Virus record (IMG/VR): IMGVR_UViG_2534681604_000010
Location: 1-37,320 of that record
Length of the DNA stretch: 37,320 nt
Origin: a virus
Lineage: Duplodnaviria; Heunggongvirae; Uroviricota; Caudoviricetes
Reading direction: 5' to 3' (one strand)
The position numbers and the translations under genes were made by a program. The stretch's first letter is position 1, and each line of letters begins with the position of its first letter. Below, in pieces: positions 10,518 through 19,243 of this stretch. The notes under the pieces are model-generated. The model was given only the letters and a program-made list of their open reading frames with translations, was not told the origin of the DNA and did not search any database.

Positions 10518-10713
10518 GGCGAAACTCGACGCTGCACACAGTGTATTTTTTTATAGATCTTGGGCTATATTCCCATTAATAGGCTGTAATAAGTTAAGAG
10601 TGCAATGGGAGCGTTGGAAGGGAGATATAACAAGCACTACGTATAATTGTGATTTCACGTTTCCTATGTCATTTCATGAACTTGTTTCGGCGTATATTCA
10701 AGCGCAGGTGTAA
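10507..10713 (+). pseudogene. Orphan promoterless tail-fibre C-terminal cassette (probable remnant)
   Basis: ORF opens with TTG GGA GAG (L-G-E) inside the relic crossover site, in the same register as the alternative fibre tip at 12426; only 68 aa and no Tfa gene follows. Confidence 0.3.
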
Positions 10714-11016
10714 TGGCATCTAATTATGATTATGTATTATCTTATAGAATTTTAAGAAAAGCTGTTTCAATCATCTAACTAACGAAACCCGTTGTTAATG
10801 CTCAGTTTTTTCCTTGTCGATATGCTGCTTTGTAGCTGACGTATGTTTACTTGGCTTGTAATATGTTTCTAATTAAACCCTGTAGAGATCTTGATCATTA
10901 CTCAGGAAAGAATAATAAGCGGTTAGTTAAAATTCCCGCTAAGGCTGCACTTTAAAATGACAACTTTAGCGGAGGATAAATTGTACTTACATGTGTAAAT
11001 TTTAGGCATTAATTGT

Positions 11017-11439
11017 TTAAACTTTAGTCTCTGGTGAAGAGTCTTTTTTGAAGCTATCATCCTCCTTCTTCCCAAACATGTAACCTAGAGATAACGTAAT
11101 AATTGGGGTGAAAACAGCCCAAGAATCTTTAACTATATTTAAAGCTGACTGTCCCCCATTACTGAAGACATCAATCACTAATAATGCTGCAACAATACAG
11201 GAATAAATAGTCAGTGAATACGTTATTACATGCCAAACAACACTGTTTTTAGCATCATCACCTTTACCTATTTTATCGGGAATGCTTTCCTCGCTTTTAT
11301 TTCTCACTCTTACTGGAATATCACCATCCTGATAATCACCTTTGGTTGATTTTTTGCTTCTTGACGAACTACCTGAGATAGAAAAAGAGCCACCCGCCTG
11401 CTCATACTGTTCATACTGTTCATACTGTTCATCAGACAT
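11017..11439 (-). CDS. Hypothetical membrane protein: acidic EQY-repeat N-terminus, two predicted TM helices
   Basis: 140-aa ORF in AT-rich DNA; MSDEQYEQYEQYEQ then hydrophobic stretches ITYSLTIYSCIVAALLVIDVF and AVFTPIITLSLGYMFG; no similarity to P2 core genes that I recognise. Confidence 0.5.
   Translation of the reverse strand: MSDEQYEQYEQYEQAGGSFSISGSSSRSKKSTKGDYQDGDIPVRVRNKSEESIPDKIGKGDDAKNSVVWHVITYSLTIYSCIVAALLVIDVFSNGGQSALNIVKDSWAVFTPIITLSLGYMFGKKEDDSFKKDSSPETKV
11401..11431. repeat. In-frame 9-bp tandem repeat (TCATACTGT, about 3.3 copies) encoding the EQY repeats
   Basis: Read directly from the sequence; unit is a multiple of 3 so copy-number change keeps the frame. Confidence 0.8.
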
Positions 11440-11442
11440 AAG

Positions 11443-11880
11443 TCATTCCCCATCCGCATCCAGAACTTCTTCTTTTGTAGCTATATTTACCGTCAACAGA
11501 ATAGCATCATTATTTTCAGATAATGATTGGGTGGCAAAGAATAAATAATAGTTAAAAGTTTTCTTTTCACCGTTATTTGGTTCTAGGGTTTGTTTAAAAA
11601 ATCTTGTCCGAGTACCATCGTTAACACCTGCATCAACATGGAAAAAATTGATAAGATTAATATTTAACCCATCTTTAATCGTAGTTTTTACTCGAGGGAC
11701 AACCTCACCTTTTTCGTCTTCTTTTTTATCAACATCAAACTTAAGTCTTAATTTAAAATCGCCATAAAATTCAACTTCAGGGTTAGCAGCAAGAACCACC
11801 AATGTTTGAGAAAATACGACATCCATCCCCGATATTTTAGTTTTAATTTGCTTTTTCATTTGCACGCTCTTTTTTTGCAT
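11443..11880 (-). CDS. Hypothetical soluble protein (Lys/Asp/Glu-rich), middle gene of the AT-rich cassette
   Basis: 145-aa ORF ending 3 nt before the next gene; no family recognised. Start may be an internal Met. Confidence 0.5.
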   Translation of the reverse strand: MQKKSVQMKKQIKTKISGMDVVFSQTLVVLAANPEVEFYGDFKLRLKFDVDKKEDEKGEVVPRVKTTIKDGLNINLINFFHVDAGVNDGTRTRFFKQTLEPNNGEKKTFNYYLFFATQSLSENNDAILLTVNIATKEEVLDADGE

Positions 11881-12136
11881 TCAGATTACTATGATCTGGG
11901 TTATCATTTAACTTATTCAACGAAGGGCTATTCATACAGATATAATAAGTAATAAATATAATTATTATTACAATAAAGCCAGACTTACACATGATTCTAT
12001 ACATAAACTTCCCTATATCTTTAAATACTGATGTGTCGATAAGGGAAGGGACGCGCCATAGGAATCGACCAAAGGCAAAAAGGAATAATGTAACCATTAC
12101 TCCACTTGCTATATATATATAAATTTTGATATCCAT
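11843..12136 (-). CDS. Hypothetical small membrane protein (two predicted TM helices), first gene of the AT-rich cassette
   Basis: 97-aa ORF with hydrophobic segments IYIYIASGVMVTLFLFAFGRFLW and GFIVIIIIFITYYICM; overlaps the next gene by 38 nt. Confidence 0.4.
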   Translation of the reverse strand: MDIKIYIYIASGVMVTLFLFAFGRFLWRVPSLIDTSVFKDIGKFMYRIMCKSGFIVIIIIFITYYICMNSPSLNKLNDNPDHSNLNAKKERANEKAN

Positions 12137-12408
12137 AAAAACCTTAAATTAGTTTTTCTATCCATCGCTTAATAAAAAAGGTTGAAATGATAAACTCTTC
12201 ATCTATTGACGCACTATTTAATATCATATTTTATAGAATATGTCGAGTATAGTTTTAACTTGGATTCGATATAACCACAGAACCATCGCCAACACCTAAA
12301 GATGTCGTCCATCCTTTGACGACTAAAACTTAACACTCAATATGAATGGTTGTTTTATATACAGCCGCACCGTTCGTAGCGCATTGGAAACGTAAGGTAA
12401 ACGCATTA

Positions 12409-12434
12409 CTCTCTTTAAGGTTGGTTTGGGAGAA
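12409..12434. other. 26-bp hix/gix-like crossover site, invertase-proximal end of the invertible tail-fibre segment
   Basis: CTCTCTTTAAGG-TT-GGTTTGGGAGAA; the inner half-site plus core is a perfect 14-bp inverted repeat of 14295..14308. Confidence 0.6.
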
Positions 12435-12773
12435 GCGGCTAAAAGGAATGTAGGGACAGGGGCGAATCAGATACCTGATATGGGTAGCTTCACGCTTTCT
12501 GTTTCAGGTACTGGATATCAAAAATTACCATCAGGTTTTATTCTTCAGTGGGGCTCAATCGGCGCACCAGGCATTGCACAGGATGTAGTAACCCATTTCC
12601 CGATTGCATTTCCAAACAGATGTCTGCGTGTTTTGGTCTCACAAGACTACACACCAGATAGCGGGGCTGTTGGTTATATTGCCTGTGCAGGTTTTAGTCC
12701 CGACCCGGTTAAATTTATATCCAGAGCCAGTACTCCTGGCCTCGGCGCTTCATTTTTAGCGTTAGGCTGTTAA
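12426..12773 (+). CDS. Alternative tail-fibre C-terminal segment (silent in this orientation)
   Basis: The frame is open from 12396 and has no ATG of its own; it begins inside the crossover site with codons G-L-G-E, identical to the codons at the crossover site within H, so inversion would fuse it in frame to the H constant region. Confidence 0.65.
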   Translation: MGEAAKRNVGTGANQIPDMGSFTLSVSGTGYQKLPSGFILQWGSIGAPGIAQDVVTHFPIAFPNRCLRVLVSQDYTPDSGAVGYIACAGFSPDPVKFISRASTPGLGASFLALGC

Positions 12774-12794
12774 TTTAGCTATATGGAGTGAAAA

Positions 12795-13235
12795 ATGAAT
12801 TACATATATTCCGCGACTACAAACTCTTTCTATCCGCTGGAGATGAAAGAGGATTACACTCAAGCTGACTCATGGCCAGATGATGCTGTTGAAGTTGATG
12901 AGCAGGTGTATATTGAGTTTTCCGGATTACCGCCGAAAGGAAAAATCCGTATCGCTGGAGAAAATGGTTTTCCTGCATGGTCTGAAATTCCACCACCAAC
13001 ACATGAGGAACAGATTGCTGCAGCCGAACTGGAAAAGCAGCAATTGATTAATCAGGCCAACGATTATATGAACAGTAAACAATGGCCTGGTAAAGCGGCT
13101 ATTGGTCGTCTGAAAGGTGACGAACTGGCGCAATATAATTTGTGGCTGGATTACCTGGACGCACTGGAACTGGTCGATACTTCCGGTGCGCCAGATATTG
13201 AATGGCCTACGCCTCCGGCAGTTCAGGCCAGATGA
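12795..13235 (+). CDS. Tail fibre assembly protein, alternative copy (Tfa', U'-like)
   Basis: 146 aa; C-terminus ...LWLDYLDALELVDTSGAPDIEWPTPP parallels the C-terminus of the active Tfa; convergent with it, 29-bp overlap. Confidence 0.8.
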   Translation: MNYIYSATTNSFYPLEMKEDYTQADSWPDDAVEVDEQVYIEFSGLPPKGKIRIAGENGFPAWSEIPPPTHEEQIAAAELEKQQLINQANDYMNSKQWPGKAAIGRLKGDELAQYNLWLDYLDALELVDTSGAPDIEWPTPPAVQAR

Positions 13236-13809
13236 CATCCGGCGCGGTGCTGGTATCTGTTGCCGTCACCGCGTCAATGTAATCCAGCACAGCGTTAAGT
13301 CGGGTTGTTTCTGCCTGCGTCAGTTTACGTCCGGCCTGCAATTTCAGTTGAATCAGACTAATGGAAGCCATTGCAGTATCAATCAGTGACTGACGCTGTG
13401 CTTCTGCCGCGCCTACTGCGGCGCTATGCTGTGCCACAGTATCTGTTACCCATTTCTCACCATCCCATTCATCGTATGGCGTTAACGGGGCGATAGTGGT
13501 TGTATTTTCAGGATAATCACCCGGAGCTGTGATTTCTTTCGATTCTCCTGTTTCGGTGCTATAGATGATTTCACCGCGATGGTCTGGCACATATTCCCAT
13601 GAGTTTAAATCTGCCGAACGGCAGATTGCATAACCAGCCTTATGTGTGCCAGGGGAATCTAAACAGGAACATGCCGGAATGCCGACACCAACGGCAAGAT
13701 ATTCATTTGAAGTGGAAATATATTCCCGTGTTTCACCATCATAGTTATAAACGGTAACATCCCCTGCCTTTGTTGCAATGAGCTCACTATTTAATATTGC
13801 TTTATGCAT
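13207..13809 (-). CDS. G: Tail fibre assembly protein (gpG-like Tfa), currently expressed orientation
   Basis: 200 aa immediately downstream of H; conserved Tfa C-terminal motif ...LDYIDAVTATDTSTAPDVIWPELPEA. Confidence 0.85.
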   Translation of the reverse strand: MHKAILNSELIATKAGDVTVYNYDGETREYISTSNEYLAVGVGIPACSCLDSPGTHKAGYAICRSADLNSWEYVPDHRGEIIYSTETGESKEITAPGDYPENTTTIAPLTPYDEWDGEKWVTDTVAQHSAAVGAAEAQRQSLIDTAMASISLIQLKLQAGRKLTQAETTRLNAVLDYIDAVTATDTSTAPDVIWPELPEA

Positions 13810-15356
13810 CAGGCTGCCCTCACGATATAGTTAAATGCAATATTACGCGGACGCGTTTCTGAGGCTGCGGCACCTAAACCAGCCACTGATTGTTTATATG
13901 TTTTAAAGGTTCCATAATCCGGTGCTGGTAATCCGGCATCGTTTGTGTTTCCTCTTTTGATAATGTCAGTGCCACTATTTACCCAGCTTTCATCAAAATA
14001 GAAATTAATCGTTGCATCAGTCACAATCGTGGATCTTGACGGTAATCCATGAGCATGATCCTCCGTTGCATACCCCTGAATACTTAAAATAGAGCGACCT
14101 GTATCAATCCCCCGCCCGTCATCCCAGCCACGAATAAACTCACCACGTAAATCAGGCAATTTATTTGTCGGGTAAACTTTTGCCAGTTCCGGGTATTCTT
14201 CAGCAGAAAAAGCTGCACCATTGCATTTCAGCCAGCCTGTTGGCGGAGTGGCTGAAGGCCACGGAACAGGGACACCAACAGGTAATGCAGAGCCTTCTCC
14301 CAAACCAAGGTATGTGAGAAGACCAGCTACATCCTTTCCACTCAAATTAGTCAGCGTATTGTCCAGCGGTTGTTTACCTGCCAGCGCATTAAGCATTGTC
14401 GTGGCAAAGTTCGGATCATTCCCCAGCGCCGCCGCCAGTTCGTTCAATGTATCCAGTGCCGCAGGTGCAGAACCCACCATTCCTGCAATCGCCGATTTCA
14501 CAAAAGCCGTAGTGGCAATCTGTGTATTGTTGACCGACTGTGCCGCAGTAGGTGCTGTTGGCGTTCCGGTAAGTGCCGGACTCGACAGCGGCGCTTTCAG
14601 TGCCAGCGCATTATTAATAGTGGTACTGAATTTCGGGTCATTGTTAATGGCTGCGGCAATTTCTTTCAGTGTGTCCAGCATGGCTGGCGCACCGTTAATC
14701 AGAGCAGTAATAGCGGCCTGAACAAACTCTGTGGTCGCAATCCGAGTGGTGTTATTTCCTGCTGCAGGCGTCGGCGCTTTTGGTTCTCCGGTAAATGTCG
14801 GATTATGTTTCTGCGCATACTGGGTATGAGGATCTTGTGCGGCAATGTGGTTTCTCATCTGGTCATCCACATACAGCTTTAATTCCAGGACTTTATCATC
14901 CACGTATTTACGGGTTGCCAGCACTACAGCAGGGTCGATTTTCAGGATGATATTGTCCGTGCTGCTGGTAATCAGCACCATGCGCACGGTCTGGGTACGC
15001 CCGCTGCCTTCAGCCAGTTGCGGCTTATAGCTTTCCGGGCAGTTTCCCACGGCAATCAATGCCCCGGACTCATCAAACAGGCCCACTTCACGTATCCACC
15101 AACCGCCCTCGTTTTCAGGGATCACCTGTTCAGCAATAATCTGGCTACTGTTCTGCGGGTCGATATAAAGCATATTCAGCGCAGCCCGGCGTTTCTCATT
15201 TACCAGTGCCGTCTGCTTTGCGTCCGGCGTTGGCAATACTCCGCCGCCATCGCCCACCGCCATATGGGTAATTTTTAGCGGCACACCGAGCGCGGCGGCG
15301 CTGGCAAGTTTCGCCGCGCCAATATCCGTCAGCAGGGTATAAAATTTTGTGCTCAT
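13809..15356 (-). CDS. H: Tail fibre protein gpH (constant N-terminal part plus variable C-terminal part in current orientation)
   Basis: 515 aa; N-terminus MSTKFYTLLTDIGAAKLA... recalled as P2 H-like; contains a crossover site at 14295..14320. Confidence 0.9.
   Translation of the reverse strand: MSTKFYTLLTDIGAAKLASAAALGVPLKITHMAVGDGGGVLPTPDAKQTALVNEKRRAALNMLYIDPQNSSQIIAEQVIPENEGGWWIREVGLFDESGALIAVGNCPESYKPQLAEGSGRTQTVRMVLITSSTDNIILKIDPAVVLATRKYVDDKVLELKLYVDDQMRNHIAAQDPHTQYAQKHNPTFTGEPKAPTPAAGNNTTRIATTEFVQAAITALINGAPAMLDTLKEIAAAINNDPKFSTTINNALALKAPLSSPALTGTPTAPTAAQSVNNTQIATTAFVKSAIAGMVGSAPAALDTLNELAAALGNDPNFATTMLNALAGKQPLDNTLTNLSGKDVAGLLTYLGLGEGSALPVGVPVPWPSATPPTGWLKCNGAAFSAEEYPELAKVYPTNKLPDLRGEFIRGWDDGRGIDTGRSILSIQGYATEDHAHGLPSRSTIVTDATINFYFDESWVNSGTDIIKRGNTNDAGLPAPDYGTFKTYKQSVAGLGAAASETRPRNIAFNYIVRAA
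14295..14320. other. 26-bp hix/gix-like crossover site inside gene H (constant/variable junction)
   Basis: TTCTCCCAAACC-AA-GGTATGTGAGAA; on the H coding strand it encodes ...LLTYL-GLGE... Confidence 0.6.
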
Positions 15357-15958
15357 GGATTCACTCTCATTGTGTCAATAACATGGACCGCCCCGCCTTC
15401 ATGCGCGGTGCCGCCAGAAATAATTGTTTCGTTGATATACGGATAGATCGTGATTTCTTCGCCAAGATAGCTGGCGGCCCCCACCCAATGCGGACCGCTG
15501 GTCTGCAGATTGATGGACATGCCGATCATGTGACGGCTACATGGTTTGGCATCGCTTATCAGCCGCTCAAGTTCCAGATAGGTATCTTCAGTGATGCCCT
15601 GGTCCTGCACGCCGATATCCAGGCGAAACGTGCCCGGTGTTTCTCCGGTCTGCCACCACTCAATAATGCGGATCAGAAAGCCGAACGGCTCCACCACCCG
15701 CCGCACGGCACTGGTGGTCCCTTTATGCTGATGAATATAAAAAGCATCCTTCACCACCTGGCGCTTGACGCTTTCTGTCCAGCCCTCGTCCCAGCGATCC
15801 ACAGAGAACGCCCAGGCGAGGTAAGGCAGGAAACTGACCGGACAGGTTGCCGGATTCCACAAGTCACGCAGCGGCACTTGCAGATCAGAAATCCCGCTGC
15901 AGGTTTGCGCCAGTCGGCGCTCCAGTGGTGTTGAACCCGGAGGCAGCAGACTATTCAT
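15353..15958 (-). CDS. I: Baseplate protein gpI
   Basis: 201 aa; P2 synteny between J and H. Confidence 0.8.
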   Translation of the reverse strand: MNSLLPPGSTPLERRLAQTCSGISDLQVPLRDLWNPATCPVSFLPYLAWAFSVDRWDEGWTESVKRQVVKDAFYIHQHKGTTSAVRRVVEPFGFLIRIIEWWQTGETPGTFRLDIGVQDQGITEDTYLELERLISDAKPCSRHMIGMSINLQTSGPHWVGAASYLGEEITIYPYINETIISGGTAHEGGAVHVIDTMRVNP

Positions 15959-16859
15959 CCGTTCCTCCGTTGGTTACGCTCCACTGCGTACATGATGCCG
16001 CCTGTGTTTTGTTCAGAACCACATCCGCCAGCGGAGAAGCCAGTTCCACACGTTGAACACCCTCAACATGCAGCGCGGCAAAAATAGCACTACGGCGAAT
16101 ATCCCGACCGAGCCGCGTCTGACTGGCGATGTACCTCTGCAGGCTGACTTTTGCCGCTGCCATTACCGGCTCTGCTTCCGGTCCCGGATAAAGAAAAATG
16201 GTGGCTTCCACACGGTACGGGATGATTTCTGCGCTGCGAACCGTAAGACGGTCAGCCACCGGGCGGACGTTCTCACTGTTCAGAGCTTTTTCCACCATGT
16301 CCAGCAGGTCTTTTTCTGCAGTTCCATCGCCTTCGCGGCTAAGGACAGTCAGCACCACCTCTGCAGGTGCCGGGCTGGTTGCACTGGCATCCGCCACCCG
16401 GCCGTCGGCGCTTCGGGCATGAAATTCATAAGCTGCAGTTGGCCCCGCAACTGAAAGCCCTTCAAAGGCTGCAGGCACACGCAGGCGTAACGCTTCATCG
16501 CTTTCCATCACAGCTGCAACGGGTGGCACAGCGTCATTATCAGCAGGCGTCACCGTCAGGCGTTTCACGTTGTAGTTGGCAGCGAGCTGGTCAAGATCGC
16601 TGCCCATCGCGTAAGCCACCATCACAGCCTGCGCGGCTTCGTTAATGCGTTGGCGCAGAAGCAACTCACGGTAAGCGTTCTCCTGCAGCAATTTGGTGAC
16701 GGGTTCAGATTCCAGTTCCAGCGTGCGGATCACTGCTTCCTGCTCATCTTTCGGATGAAGCGCCACAAATTCGGCCTTGCGTTCGGCAAGCAGCGTCTCA
16801 AAGTCCGGCACATCCACAATCTGCGGCGCAGGCAACTGCGAAAGGTCAATCACTGCCAT
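15951..16859 (-). CDS. J: Baseplate protein gpJ
   Basis: Start chosen at the internal Met (MAVIDLSQLP...) giving 302 aa and a 14-nt overlap with W; the ORF-track start at 16898 is likely an upstream extension. Confidence 0.8.
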   Translation of the reverse strand: MAVIDLSQLPAPQIVDVPDFETLLAERKAEFVALHPKDEQEAVIRTLELESEPVTKLLQENAYRELLLRQRINEAAQAVMVAYAMGSDLDQLAANYNVKRLTVTPADNDAVPPVAAVMESDEALRLRVPAAFEGLSVAGPTAAYEFHARSADGRVADASATSPAPAEVVLTVLSREGDGTAEKDLLDMVEKALNSENVRPVADRLTVRSAEIIPYRVEATIFLYPGPEAEPVMAAAKVSLQRYIASQTRLGRDIRRSAIFAALHVEGVQRVELASPLADVVLNKTQAASCTQWSVTNGGTDE

Positions 16860-17205
16860 TCTCTGCTCCTGTTGATACGGAAAGGGAAACAGGCACACCG
16901 TTATTACGCCGCCCGGTCAGCTCCACCACCATAGAACCGTCAAAGTTGCTGTTGATGGTGATGGAATCAAGCGTCAGCCGTGGCTCCCAGCGACTCAGCG
17001 CCACATACACTGCCGACATGACCTGCAGGCGTAATGCCGGATTTTGTGGCTGGTCTATCAGTGCCGACAGCAGGGAACCATATTCCCGACGGGCAATGCG
17101 GCTACCCTGTGGCGTCAGCAGAATGTCCCGCACCGACTGGCGCAGATGGTCAATATCAGTAATGACTTTGCCGCTGGTATTGTTCATCCCGCTATAAAGC
17201 GTCAT
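16846..17205 (-). CDS. W: Baseplate wedge protein gpW (GPW/gp25 family)
   Basis: 119 aa; 4-nt overlap with V; P2 synteny. Confidence 0.8.
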   Translation of the reverse strand: MTLYSGMNNTSGKVITDIDHLRQSVRDILLTPQGSRIARREYGSLLSALIDQPQNPALRLQVMSAVYVALSRWEPRLTLDSITINSNFDGSMVVELTGRRNNGVPVSLSVSTGAENGSD

Positions 17206-17780
17206 ACCGGGCCTCCGGTTGTATCGCCGCCTTTCAGGACGCCAGTATGCTGATGCGCATCAACCACGATCCCGTTAGAACTCATCGCTCCGCCGCCCTG
17301 GGTAACGCCACCATTGATCACCACTTCGCTGTTAATGCGCGTGCGGTCAGCCTCCAGTACAAACTCACTGGTTTTCATGGTGATGTTGTCAGCGGCCTCA
17401 ATGACCATTGATTTGATGCCCCTGACATACCAGCGCCCGGTGGCGGGTTCGTATTCAAACCAGCCACCGTCAGGATGTTCTGTCACGCAGGCGTCCGCCG
17501 ACGTCGACGGTGGCGCGAACTGATTCGAATAGATGGCGGGTAACGCAAAGGCGGTTTCCAGATTGCCGCCCAGACTCAGCAGCACCACCTGCTCACCTTC
17601 CGATGGTCGCCACCATGTGCGGGCATTCCCGGCACGCAGCGTCAGCCAGCTGATCCAGTTGGTTTCAAGCTCGCCCGTTTTCACCCGGCAAAGCCAGTTT
17701 TCCCTGTCCACTTCGGTGACTACCCCAGTGCGGATCAGGTTGGTGATAAGGCGCATGATTTCGGTTAATTGTGCGTTCAT
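17202..17780 (-). CDS. V: Baseplate spike / assembly protein gpV
   Basis: 192 aa; P2 synteny. Confidence 0.8.
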   Translation of the reverse strand: MNAQLTEIMRLITNLIRTGVVTEVDRENWLCRVKTGELETNWISWLTLRAGNARTWWRPSEGEQVVLLSLGGNLETAFALPAIYSNQFAPPSTSADACVTEHPDGGWFEYEPATGRWYVRGIKSMVIEAADNITMKTSEFVLEADRTRINSEVVINGGVTQGGGAMSSNGIVVDAHQHTGVLKGGDTTGGPV

Positions 17781-17848
17781 AGGGAAAGGTTGCCATCAGG
17801 GGAAGAAAGGCGGCAGTGCTGCAACTTGTATCAGTGCTGATACAAAGA

Positions 17849-18295
17849 TCACTCCGCCAGCCATTGCAGAATCATGTCGCGGGTCATTGCCTCAACATCA
17901 TCATTTACACCCAGCAGGCGGCGCTCTGCGTAACGGACCTCCGGTCCTTTGCGACTGACGCGATCACGCAGGCCGTAATGGTGAACACGGGCAATACGCT
18001 GCACCTTGCCTTCAAACTGTACGCTGGCAGAGTCGGCGCTGGCGGCAGTTTTCAGGTATTTTGTGGTGCGCAGCTTTGCAAACATCTGACGTTTGATGCG
18101 GCCTTTTTTACTGCGTGCTGTTACCCGTCGCGGTTCATAGCTGCTGCCGTCAGGGTTGCGCTGCATCCTGATGTTCTGCTGCTGTGTCCGGCGCAGTTCC
18201 TGCGCCAGCTGGCGCATCATGCGACTTCTGGCGGCTGGCTCCAGATTCGCCAGCAAGGCACTCAGCCAGTCGTCCACTTTCTGCAGTTCAGCCAC
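17849..18295 (-). CDS. S: Tail completion protein gpS
   Basis: 148 aa; overlaps the R stop; P2 synteny. Confidence 0.8.
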   Translation of the reverse strand: MAELQKVDDWLSALLANLEPAARSRMMRQLAQELRRTQQQNIRMQRNPDGSSYEPRRVTARSKKGRIKRQMFAKLRTTKYLKTAASADSASVQFEGKVQRIARVHHYGLRDRVSRKGPEVRYAERRLLGVNDDVEAMTRDMILQWLAE

Positions 18296-18740
18296 GTTTC
18301 ACCGTCCACATTTCTTCAGGTTCATCGGGTTCTGCTACAGCTTCAACGCTCGACACACTGCCGTCAGTGCTGACCAGCACACGCTCCGTCAGTTGCAGGT
18401 TAAGGCTGATATCACAGACATCGTTGCGCAGAATATCCACCTCAAAGGTGAATAGTTTTTCCCGTAACGCCGGATTATTGATGGCATCGGGCTGGTTATC
18501 CCGCAGCCACAGCAAAACCGGGGCCATCAGCAGATTCTGGTCCCCGCTGAAATCCTCAATCACCGCGTTCAGGGTGTAACGGTACTCCCATGACATGGAG
18601 CCGGCCCCCGTGGCAACCAGCGAACCGTTATCCACAAACAGATGCAGTTTGTCCGGGTTATTGCGGACATAAGGCACCGCTTTATTGAGGGCGTGGCGCA
18701 GGGATTGTGGTTTGTTCACTGTTTCGCTCCTGACACGCAA
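18288..18740 (-). CDS. R: Tail completion protein gpR
   Basis: 150 aa; P2 synteny downstream of the lysis genes. Confidence 0.8.
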   Translation of the reverse strand: MRVRSETVNKPQSLRHALNKAVPYVRNNPDKLHLFVDNGSLVATGAGSMSWEYRYTLNAVIEDFSGDQNLLMAPVLLWLRDNQPDAINNPALREKLFTFEVDILRNDVCDISLNLQLTERVLVSTDGSVSSVEAVAEPDEPEEMWTVKRG

Positions 18741-18972
18741 TAATCATGTCCACTTTGTCTGCACAGACCGCCCAGGCGGCCTCCGTTTCATCCAGCAACG
18801 CGTTCAGATCACCGTTAGTGCGCGGCGCTGCCTGATCCAGCCGACACGGCGTCACTCGCGGACAACCACTGACGGTAAGCTGCACCTCCGGTGAGCGTCG
18901 GACGTTCCCGCAGCCGGATAATGTCAGCAGGCAAAGGAGTATCAGCCCAGCGGCGTAAATCCTCGTTCTCAC
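18682..18972 (-). CDS. lysC: LysC, outer-membrane lipoprotein spanin (o-spanin, Rz1-like), starting inside lysB in another frame
   Basis: Signal peptide with lipobox LTLSG|C; Pro-rich C-terminus; begins within lysB and extends past its stop, as described for P2 lysB/lysC. Confidence 0.6.
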   Translation of the reverse strand: MRTRIYAAGLILLCLLTLSGCGNVRRSPEVQLTVSGCPRVTPCRLDQAAPRTNGDLNALLDETEAAWAVCADKVDMIIACQERNSEQTTIPAPRPQ

Positions 18973-19243
18973 GTTTCAGTTCCTCTATCCGGTGTTGTCG
19001 TTGTCTCAGCAGCGCGCTGGTCTGTTCTGCTTCGGCATAGAGCCGCGCCTGCTCCCGGTTATTGGTTTCAGTCAGAATGGACAGGCTGATAAGCTGGCTG
19101 TTGCTCTTTGCCAGTGCCTGGCTTTTGCTCTGCAGCTCGTCTGCCTGCGTGCTGATGGTCTGGCTGGCATCAGCCAGCCGCCACGTCTGCCAGCCCAGCG
19201 CCGCCAGTAATAACGCCAGCATAACCAGCAGCAACCGGTTCAT
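18815..19243 (-). CDS. lysB: LysB, inner-membrane spanin (i-spanin, Rz-like)
   Basis: N-terminal TM helix (LLLVMLALLLAALGW) followed by coiled-coil-like charged region. Confidence 0.75.
   Translation of the reverse strand: MNRLLLVMLALLLAALGWQTWRLADASQTISTQADELQSKSQALAKSNSQLISLSILTETNNREQARLYAEAEQTSALLRQRQHRIEELKRENEDLRRWADTPLPADIIRLRERPTLTGGAAYRQWLSASDAVSAGSGSAAH

Noticed and set aside
11401-11431. Short tandem repeats considered as a possible CRISPR array
   Set aside because: Only three contiguous 9-bp units with no spacers, and they lie inside a coding frame; not a CRISPR array.
12817-13238. Minus-strand ORFs (61 and 103 aa) overlapping the alternative Tfa gene
   Set aside because: Antisense to a Tfa ORF with a conserved C-terminal motif; likely shadow frames.
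14221-14882. Plus-strand ORFs of 166 and 170 aa overlapping gene H
   Set aside because: Antisense shadow ORFs of the tail-fibre gene; Cys/Arg-rich junk-like composition.
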